DNA of 64,000 bases from contig PDIP01000007.1 in the NCBI GenBank assembly GCA_002811645.1, positions 116,471 through 180,470 on the forward strand, written 5' to 3'. The notes below the pieces were generated by a model. The model was given only the letters and a program-made list of their open reading frames with translations. It was not told the origin of the DNA and ran no database searches. This document shows, one piece after another, positions 54,605-64,000 of the stretch. Made by a program: the position numbers and the translations under genes. This DNA is from Corallochytrium limacisporum Hawaii (lineage: Eukaryota > Protista > Pluriformea). Each line of letters begins with the position of its first letter. The first letter of the stretch is position 1.

Positions 54605-55825
54605 ATGGCAGGAGATGAGGTTGCTGATCCTGCTCAGGGTGAGGGCAACAACTCAGAAACTCCTGCCTTGGTAGGTGAAGATGGTGCACAAGATGCGGCA
54701 GATCCGGTAGAGAGAGACGAGAACAATTCAGACGAAGGACCAGCAGCGGATGACGATGCTACTACAGTGACTGGAATTCCGATCAAAGATCCGAGGGCCA
54801 CACGAGTGGTGACTTCGGCCTGACTACTAGCACGAGAACTATGATATCGATCTTGACGATGAAGATGATGCTTCTTCCAAGTCTGTGGAGACCAAGTACA
54901 CAACATGCTGTCACAAAGTTAGGTGCCTGCCGTCCACCGCAATAATCAAGGCCGTAAAAACAGCAGCGACGGCAATTTCCATAGCCCATCTTGGCATTGG
55001 CGATAAGGAAGCCCAGGCTCTTGCCCAGATGATCTCAGAAATGAACGAACTCACAGAGTTGCAATCAGAGGAAAACTTGATCGGAGCAAAAGGTGGCAAT
55101 GCTATCGTCCATGTCTTGAAAGCTAGCACAACCCTTAAGACGGTTAACCTCAGCGGTAATGCTCTGGGATATGATGCACTCGTTGGTCCTGCCGATGTGT
55201 TGGGGATGAACGCTACCCTCGAAAAACTCCAGATACGGAATGTTGGAATTTCATTGCTGCATGCAGACAAGATCTGTATGGACCTTCGCAGCAACTTTCG
55301 CCTCACTCTGCTAGATGTGAGTGAGAATGCTTTCGGGGAGAAGGGCGGTATGCTTCTTGGGCAGGCACTGCCTTTCAATGATGGTCTCAAGGTCCTCAGT
55401 GTCAAAAATTGTGTAATCACAGGGGTTGGTGCAATTGCATGTTGCCTCAGTTTTGAGAGAAAATACCAGTATTAGCCATCTGAACGTCGGGCAAAACGGC
55501 TTTGCCGAGGAATACATCGCTGGCATTGCCGCAGCAAATCGACGACAACCCAGAATTTTTCGAGCTGTACATTAGCCGCAATCGTCTCAATGATGCCGCC
55601 CTGGCAAGGCTCATGAATTCAATCAGGGACAGCAACTCGCTACAAAGGGTCAGTGTTGCGTACAATCAGTATTCAACCCCGGCGATTATGCCTCTGCTGC
55701 ACGCCATTCAGGACGCAGCCGGCCTGAAAGAGATCGACATATCTGGGTCGGTTCTAGGTAAAAGACAGAGCAAGTGCTTCGTGACAAAATCGGCTTGGAT
55801 TGCGTTCAACACAATTGTGGAATAA
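54605..55825 (+). pseudogene. Frameshifted RNI-like leucine-rich-repeat gene (LRRC74-like)
   Basis: Acidic N-terminus followed by LRRs (LKTVNLSGNALG, LTLLDVSENAFG, ISHLNVGQNGF, LYISRNRL) spread over successive frames, with breaks at ~54810-54830, ~55433 and ~55537. Confidence 0.7.
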
Positions 55826-55984
55826 ATGTGCCTCCTGAAAAACTGTAGATACAATGTCATACGGCCTGGTTGCCAAAAAACATGGGCGTGCACTTCGCTT
55901 TGTGCAATACCGTGCGCTATCTATTTGGGGTAAGATGTAAGAACAAACCTTGCTTCTTTTTGATAAGAACATTTCTTTTGAACC

Positions 55985-56278
55985 TCATTTCTTGCCCTTC
56001 TTTTTGGGGGTCTTGTTTTTGGCAGCGAGAGACTTTGCCGCGCTACGCAGTGCACTGAGCTGGGAAGCTTTGAATCCAGATCGTCCGAGGACTTGCTCTT
56101 CGACGCTCTTGGAATGAAGTTTCTGTAGATTTTTCCCCGTCTTTGTCGACAAACTTGTGGTTGTCTTCGTACCCATGCTCTTAGTTAACCGATCCCTCTG
56201 CTTTTGTCTTGTCAGAGCACTCGCGGAAACGCTCTTTTTCTTTTGTTGCTTCAGCACTTTTGATTTGCCCTGTGCCAT
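55985..56278 (-). CDS. Small basic UPF0390 / C19orf53-like protein
   Basis: MAQGK.K N-terminus, Lys-rich, K.L.....K.VEE motif; 97 aa from ATG at 56278. Confidence 0.65.
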   Translation of the reverse strand: MAQGKSKVLKQQKKKSVSASALTRQKQRDRLTKSMGTKTTTSLSTKTGKNLQKLHSKSVEEQVLGRSGFKASQLSALRSAAKSLAAKNKTPKKKGKK

Positions 56279-56300
56279 GGTTGCTAACGTTGAACGCTCC

Positions 56301-56396
56301 CTGCAGTCGAACAAGTTTCGAAGAATTAGCATATAATGCCGAGTGTGTCAAGTTAAGATGAAAGATTCGCCTCGTTTCACAGGTCGGATGCCATAC
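56301..56396 (-). other. Candidate 96-nt 5'-UTR intron of the UPF0390-like gene
   Basis: Minus strand CAG|GTATGG, TGCTAAT at 56331-56325, and CTGCAG ending 22 nt before the ATG. Confidence 0.55.
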
Positions 56397-57473
56397 CTGT
56401 TGTTTCATGTCTCTATCCCGAATGCACTCATTTCTAGAAAACCACGTTGAGGGCCTCTCTTCTCATAGCCCACCTGAACCCGCCCGCCCCACTACTATGA
56501 ACGGGCCCAAGAGTGAGCCGAGACCCTTCTCGCATGGGGGTGGGTGAGACGTGTCGGGCCTTGGCTCTGGCCCCGCTCATCGGCGGGGTGGGGTATATAT
56601 TTTCTCTCACCTCCCCCTTCCCAGAATATCTTCCTCCGTTGAAAACAGACTCCCGTCCTCTGCCCGCTTTTTGAAATTTGATATACCTTCTGATTGACGT
56701 CCTTGAAGTACTACAGCAAGCACCGGGGAATGAGGTGGGTAAGGCGTCGCGGGTTGCGGGAAAGGGCACGGGGTTTAGGAGGGGGGGGGGAGAGGGGGAA
56801 GGGAGCGAGGGGCGTAATGATGGCACGGGAAGAAGGGAAGGGGGGGGGGCCAAACACACCGCTTTCGCAAATGTCCAGAAACCCGCCCAGAACATTCACT
56901 ACGGATCGCCCACAACAGCGGCGGGTCCCTGACGAGTGAAGCATTGCGTATGTGGGTAGCAAGTTTGCACTGCATTGATATGGGGCATCACTGAACACTC
57001 GATGGGCTCCCACCTCGTTGTCAGCCCATCCATCCTCTCCCAGCATACGTAGCTGGAGCATCGTTCATGCTCCTTACTCGTCAACATCGCTGCAAAGGAA
57101 ATCCGTTGTAGCTACCAGGACTTGGTTCATTAGATCAGGGATCCATCGTGGATGAAAGCATACTTAGGACGGACATAGGCACAATGGTTGTTCTAATCAT
57201 TTCCATGCAAGTATTTGAATTTGGTTCTTTAATTCCCTTGAGGTCACGGCTTCAGAGGATATCTGTGTCGCTCGCCACTTGGGACAGCAAATCAGGAAGA
57301 ATTTAGTAGACGTCTTGGTTGTTCATAGTAATACATATTATATTTATCAAATGCGTACTGAATACTGTTCCACCCAATTTCGCAATGTCCGACGACAACG
57401 ATATGTGATGTTAACTATGGTTTAGCTCCACCAGTTTGCTGCGTTGTTATAATTGCGTTGCATGGTGTTCACG

Positions 57474-58811
57474 TCAGTGATAGGCCCTCACAGACCCCGT
57501 GGGGCGTACCTCATAGTTGGGTGCGGTAGGACGAACCTCATCAATGGAGTTTGAATTTGTGCCCACAGTTGGGTTCTTGTTGGTATTTGCCCCACTGCTG
57601 CGGCGGTAGAGTAGCCAGGCAGCGACGCCAAGGATGGCAAAGCCGACCACAACAGCAATCACAATGCCAGCGATGGCGCCTCCTGAGAGGCCACCGTCAT
57701 CGGAAGAACCTGGACCACTCGTGGTGGGACCCAAGGTGGGTGCGGTGGTGGTGGAAGGTGGAACCAAGGGCTTCGGCACATTGAAGCCACCCGCAACATC
57801 ATCATGCTGGTTCTGGCCGGCAAAGCAGCCATTGTTTTCCAAATACCAATCCACAGTACACATACTAATCTGGAGTACAGGTTGGCCTCTGGGACCTCCC
57901 CTCGGGAAGGTTCTAGTGTACACAATGGTGAGGTCTTTGTTGTTTCTAATGGCGTCTGCATTCACATCTAAACGCTCTACAGAAACCTCACATCCCCGAA
58001 GACCATTGGTGTAGTTCACATGCGCCACAATATTGCCCACATCATTGTCAAAAGTGTAGGTAATCGTTTGGTCCGTCAGAGAGCACTGTGCACCGTCGCC
58101 CACCGTGCCAATGGCGGTTGCATTGTCGACCGTAAACGGATAAGAATCTTTGATATACAACCCCTCTGAGTCAGTATTGAAAGAAATTTCTCCACCAGGA
58201 AGTGATCCATTGTTCAAGAACTGAGTGAATCCGCTGAATGGAATGTTGAGGGCAAAGTTTACCTTCTCATATGAGACCTGAGGGCACCCCTCATTATTAA
58301 GGAAGGATACTTGCCCGCAGCTGGAAATGGCGGCAACAGAATCATTTGGACCGGTAGCGGAACCAAAAGCAGTGGTGTAACCAAGCTCCAGAAACTGATT
58401 GTTACCATTGCCTGCCTCAGGTGTCGTCTGGTAGCTCGCAAACCTGAGGAAACATTGACCGTCTTCCTTGAAAAACTCGACATTCGACGTCAAGGAAGTG
58501 CCGGGGTAGTTATTCAAAGTGGTTTCCAAAGTGCCTGTCACACCTTCACAATCAGCCATTGTGTTGTTTGTGATCCCCAACTCAACTGATCCGAAGTCGG
58601 GAACGACTACATCGGTGCCATTCCAGGGCAGTCCCATCGTAGCCTCTCCGAACTGGGGGAATTCAGATATGGTGGTGAAGAACTGATGCAGGTTAGAACT
58701 CACAACGATCTTACCCGGACCGAGGGAGGTCTTGTTGATATATTTAAAGGAGCTTGATGTGCTATTCGTCGCCAAAGCGGCAACTGCAGCTCGGGCAAAT
58801 ACAGGAGCCAT
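57474..58811 (-). CDS. Single-pass cell-surface protein with two tandem 4-Cys domains
   Basis: Ala-rich N-terminus (weak signal peptide), N-glycosylation sequons, P/T stalk, GLSGGAIAGIVIAVVVG TM helix, YRRS stop-transfer and a short tail. ATG at 58811. Confidence 0.8.
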   Translation of the reverse strand: MAPVFARAAVAALATNSTSSSFKYINKTSLGPGKIVVSSNLHQFFTTISEFPQFGEATMGLPWNGTDVVVPDFGSVELGITNNTMADCEGVTGTLETTLNNYPGTSLTSNVEFFKEDGQCFLRFASYQTTPEAGNGNNQFLELGYTTAFGSATGPNDSVAAISSCGQVSFLNNEGCPQVSYEKVNFALNIPFSGFTQFLNNGSLPGGEISFNTDSEGLYIKDSYPFTVDNATAIGTVGDGAQCSLTDQTITYTFDNDVGNIVAHVNYTNGLRGCEVSVERLDVNADAIRNNKDLTIVYTRTFPRGGPRGQPVLQISMCTVDWYLENNGCFAGQNQHDDVAGGFNVPKPLVPPSTTTAPTLGPTTSGPGSSDDGGLSGGAIAGIVIAVVVGFAILGVAAWLLYRRSSGANTNKNPTVGTNSNSIDEVRPTAPNYEVRPTGSVRAYH

Positions 58812-61800
58812 GTTTGTCTCTTTACCACGATCTTCACTGGACTTGTCAAAGGAAAGAATAAATACTGTGGACGACGACCTACAAGGCCTCTGATCACTGG
58901 GAATATGCGCGAATTTAAATACATCTATGGCATTATAATCAAAAGTAATCAATTTGACATATACAATACCCTAACATACAATCTAGAATATCGTATCGAT
59001 ATTAGGCCGTCCATTGGTATCCCCTCGGGATCTACACAACTCTTACCACTTAGGGGCTGCCCCTTTCCCCCCTTTCCCCCAACATTATTTTTTCTTTCCT
59101 TTTGAGACATGGGCACACAGTGGGGTGTGGCTCAATAGGGCCCCTTCCTTCGGTATACACGTTCGGTTGGGGAGGACACGACCGTCCTCTTTCACCTAAG
59201 ACCTGAGATGAACTGCGAACCAAATCAAATTCCATCCGAAGACTGATGGGCCGAACAGAGGAAAACTGACAAGGAGGTATTCGGATCTTTGTTGTTGATA
59301 CTCTTGAATATGCCAATTCCGTACTAAAATCATAGTCTTCTTGACACAAAATTAGACAGATGGTAGTGTTGTGTACATGTACACAATCTTTAGGTTCCGT
59401 GGCCTTGGATTGTACCGTATGGGCGGTGAGCGCCCGTATCTCGCATTCAACAGGGCCGTATTCCTTCTGCCATGGTAGTCACAATTTGAAATTTTTGAGT
59501 CATCCGACTCCGCATACACAGAGTAAGATGTCCCACCACCGTTGACCTTACACGGACTCTACTTCCAAAACGACGGTCCGACTGGCCTCTTTCGAACGAG
59601 ACAGAGGTCTGGTCTAAACGGACAGGGGGAGGGGCCATACCACCAGGCAGACAAAGAAACGCCCCACCCTCCCCTCGCCGCTGGCTCCCTTGGGCGAGGG
59701 AGCCAAGTACCGACCGATTTGTCCGAGCAAAATTTCAATGATTCCGTCTTTTTCGGTGGCTCGCTTGCCTTTTACCGACCGAAACCCTTCCCTGGTTTGA
59801 CCGCCCGTTTCAATCAAATACATGGCACCTTCGGCGCGCGGTACAAAGCCAATCATAGTAAATGTACTAAATTGAGTTCCACAGACGACCAGTCCTCAAG
59901 GCAAATGGCACCAAGTTTCTGAACCGCGCAGGGAAGGGAGAGTCCACGAGCTCGGAATGAAAAAAAATGCTATATGCCCCTTAAACCACGACCATCGGTA
60001 CTTTCAGTACTGAAAACAGACCCTCAGTTGCCGTGTAACGATCGGGTGGATTCGGCTGTGAGATTCGATGCCCCCTGCTTCGTCTTCCCTTCAGTGCGCG
60101 GTGTTGGCGCCATAGTGAATTCCCAGCCGGCCCGGCCCATAAAGTGAAAGTACGGCGGAAAGAAAACCCGGGTACAAAAAGGAAAAAAAAAAAAACTCAA
60201 ATCAGCTTCCCCCCCCTCCCCTCCCGCCCCTTCACTTCGTTTGATCTCATCCATACTAAACGGCCTTGGTTTCGCCCAGGGGGGGGGGGAACGCAGATAC
60301 TGAACAAGGCGAACATGTTCGACTGGGTACGGACCCTGAGTCTGGTTCCTTCCCAAGTACTGTCATAGGGGGCCTTCTTCACCCGGGCGGCTGTGCATGT
60401 TGTCAAAGCGCACTTGAAAAGCAGAGCCAACGTCTTCCTTCCGGGCGTTTCGAGAAGAGTACATGTAGATAAAGCTCCTTGGGGGACGGAAGAGCTGGGA
60501 AGATGTAGATACACGCTTGCTGCAGCGAATCGCTGATCGAGGGCCATATTGAGTAGAACTAAGATGTTGACTTGCCAAATACATACAAACTTTCTGCATA
60601 TCCTTAGCCCCTGGCTTTCGAAAGCACTCCTTGGTAAATTCAAGGCCTTCGGTCCCAAGTGGGAGGTTCCGGTTCAAACCCTACGGTGGGTGAAGGAGAT
60701 CGAAACAGTCTACTTATGAAAGCAAGGACTGCTAGGAAATCGGTTGGGCGACGAACATTTGCGGACAGTACGTTTGCATGTACGGCAAGAAGGATGAGGG
60801 CGGGAGAACCGCAGACCCATCGCTCGCGACAATAGCCATCCTGATGGTACGTACAACAATGATCACCATGGTGTTTACTCCCTTCAATACATTGCATGCG
60901 TGCCAATAGCGGAACCATGGGTTCTTCTGTGCATGTCTGTACTTGCAGGTTTGAGGATGACATGTCCAGGTATAAGGAATTCAACTGATAGCCATGATCT
61001 GCGGGCTACCTGAACCCTAACTTTGCAATCCTCACCGTACTTCATCGACACTTGTCAACGCCCATAGATCAGAGAAAAACATGGACACTAACGGGCACCC
61101 CGGGTAAGCTGATACAGAATGTGAATGTCATGTGAATGACTGCAATGCTACTGAAAATCTGCACTCTGTGTACTAAATCAATAGGTTTCTTGGAGAAAGT
61201 GACATCAGAACACTTTTACTGGGTTGTGTGCTAAGGTGCGGGCCGCGCGCTCGACTTGCTCCCGATCCAACCCCTCCCCCCGGGGCGGGAAGGGGGGGCC
61301 CACCCCTCCCTCCCAGGCAGGTGGGGGAATTTTTTTTCCTCTTTGCCCATCACCATTTCCAAATGCGGCAGCAACCTTTTCTGATCCGGCATGTGCCGCA
61401 AAGAGGATGTGGGGGGGGGGATGGGTGTGCCCTGGGGAGTACCCATGCAACCGGTGGGCGCGACAAAAGCCTACCGTGGTAAATACTAATGGGCACAGGT
61501 TAAATCCAATAAAGTTTACAATCAACCCATTCCAGGCATTGCCTTCCTGCACCTTCTGCGCAAAACCTGCCGTAGTCAATGTATATACTTCCTGTGGGTC
61601 ATGGACACGTTCAATAGCTATTGTCTGATGGACTTCGTCATCAGAATACAGGTAGTAGTTATTGCTTGAATTGCAATATTGTCGGAACTCATGCACCGTT
61701 GGCCGTCAGGTCATGACGTGCAGCTGCCGATCAACTCTTCGGTAGATCAATACAGTTCATGTTTTGTCCGCAATATTATGGTGGGAGAGACGTGAATCAC

Positions 61801-63217
61801 TGTGCCTTGCTGGTAAGCAGCTCTCTGGCCAGGTAAGCAGCCCGGAAGTCCAAGGTATGCCAAGCGTGTTAGTACTATCGTATCCTGCACCGATAGGAAA
61901 TTAGTACTCCCGGCTCCCCGTCGTATCCATCATTGCATGGGAACCATTCATAGCAAATCCTTCTCTAATTATCTCCGCGGGCATCGGTCCCCTCGCGCGC
62001 CACCCCGCTTCCCCACCGAAAAGGCACACTGCCCTGCTTTCACCTTCCAAACCGGCGCCAGTGACGCACCAAAGACACCGCAACATCGAACCTTCCGACC
62101 CTCAGGGGCTGGGTAAAGGACAGGAAGGAAAAGGCACAGTGGGTGCTCGCAAAGGGAACTACTTCCAATTGTGGAGACTTCGTGCCTGCAGTGTGATGCC
62201 CAAAGAAGCTGGAATTGTGTATTTCGGGGTATGGAACCCTGTCTCTCAGTATGGCTGGATCTCATTCTTCCGGCAAATGAGCGAAGTGACGAGCACAATA
62301 TGAGGAATCTATAGTCAATGAACCATTCATTTTCCACTTTTTCTGGATGCTTCGTCGTTTTTGCACCCAAGAAAAAAGATAGAGAAAAAAAGGCGTTTAC
62401 CCCCTCTGCCTGTGACCCGCAGCGACTACGGTCCGAGCCACGTCCACTTTTGCCTTGATCTTTTTTCTTCATCAGGATTCTTCTCCGTTGGAAGGGAAGA
62501 ATGTCCCTAATGTTTATTCGTCGAGTGTGACACATCCGTCACCTCTGTCCGAAATGAGGGGTTGCCGTTTGCGTCTGTTGTGAAGGAGAAAGGGGGGAAG
62601 GTGTTGTGGACAATGCGGCTCATTACAGATCAATCTACATTCTCGGTCTTATTTGGATGGGCAACTAAAAAAAATTTGAACCTTGTCACCAACAGAGAAT
62701 TGAAATGCATGGGTGACTACAAAAAGCATGTGAACATTTTGGGTCTGCGCAGTTGAGGAAGAGTCAGCAGACGGTACCAGTGATACTACTGGTGGTACCA
62801 AGGCACCAACCTACCCGATTTCCACCTCCCCCAACCCTTGGGTGGTAGACAAGTGCGCAGATCAGGGGGAAATCATCAGTCGGGAGGGAAGAATCGAAGA
62901 AGAGAGGGAGGCGGTGGGCGGAGAGTGACGGAGTAGCCGTTGCATGAGAAGTGTCCCATTATTTGTTAGTCTCCGCAACGATGTATGTCATGAACAGGCT
63001 TGTTATTTTCCGATGTTGAACAAATTTAGACATTACATGATCTTGAGCTTTTCATGAATGAATTTTATGTCCAAGGCGTGTTACAGTGTGGTAATATGCA
63101 TATATCAGCGATCACCACTTCTGAAGGGTATTTAAGATCCAAAGTTTCAATGTGTAGGGAACGAAAGGATCTTCAGTATCGCCTAATTTAAAATTTACGC
63201 TATAGCAAACGATAACT

Positions 63218-63667
63218 ATGAGGTCTGACATGTTTTTCATCATTTGCGGCGCCCTGCTGAGCAGTGGTGTTTTTGCCGGTGAGTGCATTGGCTGCAAGTA
63301 TCTCCCAGAGAACTTCTTCCGCTGTGATAGTGATTCTGTATCACAGGGTTTCGAGTGTTGCCCCGGAACTAAGTGCACCCTGTTAGCTCCTGGGGCACTG
63401 GGAAAAAGTTGTTTCCGTCCTCTTTCGGAGGGAGGCACTTGCTTTTTTCCGTCAAACGGGTTCAGCCTCCCGTGCGCAGATGGTTTGGTGTGCGGCCCAG
63501 AACACAAGTGCGTCGTGGAGTCACCGTACACAGCTTCGCCGACTGGTGGCATTTGCTATTGGGACAAGAGCAGAAGCGATTGTGCTCAGTGCAACTCTGG
63601 TGGTTGTCAGTGTCCTGAGAGCAATCAGCATGTTTGTGTCAAGTGCGGTCACTCCGAGATGTGCTAA
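63218..63667 (+). CDS. Small secreted cysteine-rich protein (149 aa)
   Basis: Signal peptide ending GVFA; 19 Cys in the mature region, in two clusters. Confidence 0.8.
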   Translation: MRSDMFFIICGALLSSGVFAGECIGCKYLPENFFRCDSDSVSQGFECCPGTKCTLLAPGALGKSCFRPLSEGGTCFFPSNGFSLPCADGLVCGPEHKCVVESPYTASPTGGICYWDKSRSDCAQCNSGGCQCPESNQHVCVKCGHSEMC

Positions 63668-63984
63668 ACGACCGACTCCGGCTGCCGAACTTTGTAAACT
63701 TGTGAAGCACATTCGCTCAATCTACCCACAATGATAGACTATGGATTTCCTCTTCTAGTCATATGCACGCTATGTTTATAAAGAATAACATTTTTATCAA
63801 CTTTTTCATTGTGATGCCATGCTTTGATGCGATGTTGTTGAATACAAGCACGTTCACGTTGCCCATACAACTGAATAGCGGAAAGCAGTGTATTTATTCG
63901 CACGTTGCCTCGTACTTGAACTTGAAATCACCACACAGGTCAGTCCATTCCGTGTACGTCTCCCCTGAGCTGTAATCACTCCAT

Positions 63985-64000
63985 GGGTTAGGTTAGGGTT
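63985..64000 (+). repeat. Possible start of a (TTAGGG)n telomeric tract
   Basis: GGGTTA GGTTA GGGTT at the extreme 3' end, G-rich strand pointing outward. Only about 2.5 units are visible. Confidence 0.4.

Noticed and set aside
59750-59790. GCCTTTTAC (U5 snRNA loop I) inside a hairpin
   Set aside because: The loop is not closed as the canonical 11-nt loop, and no downstream Sm site is visible. An Rfam search would settle it.
60630-60695. tRNA-like B box GGTTCAAACCC
   Set aside because: No paired T-stem, acceptor stem or convincing A box.
1-64000. Transposable or viral elements
   Set aside because: No transposase, reverse transcriptase, integrase or capsid motifs, and no terminal repeats recognised.

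Overview
Eukaryotic nuclear DNA with about 23 protein-coding genes, none interrupted by an intron in its coding sequence (the longest is a 4.8 kb ORF). The gene set mixes animal-type genes (MTMR14, SBF/MTMR13-like) with genes usually regarded as fungal (Spt23/Mga2, Agd3-like CE18 deacetylase). Together with the intron-free coding regions this suggests a unicellular holozoan, with Corallochytrium-like as my best guess; this is inference and was not verified. Recognisable genes: MTMR14, GGCT/AIG2-like, NDUFA13, NPRL2, a divergent SLC25 carrier, RAB1, YIF1, MSH4, MTIF2, SBF, ABCB6/HMT1, IER3IP1/YOS1, a homeobox factor, frataxin, NDUFA6, Spt23/Mga2, an Agd3-like deacetylase and a C19orf53-like protein. 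There are also three orphan secreted or surface proteins, a frameshifted LRR pseudogene, two assembly gaps, a 9 kb homopolymer-rich gene-free block and a TTAGGG-like end. The main leads are: a membrane-anchored Agd3-like deacetylase without its fungal GAG cluster; an Mga2-type lipid-saturation sensor with the sensory W-x-P helix conserved; short spliceosomal intron candidates confined to 5' leaders and a non-coding antisense transcript; a surface protein built from a duplicated 4-Cys domain I do not recognise; and recurrent C(n)G(m) palindromes in promoter regions. All homology calls come from motifs recognised by eye; no searches were run.
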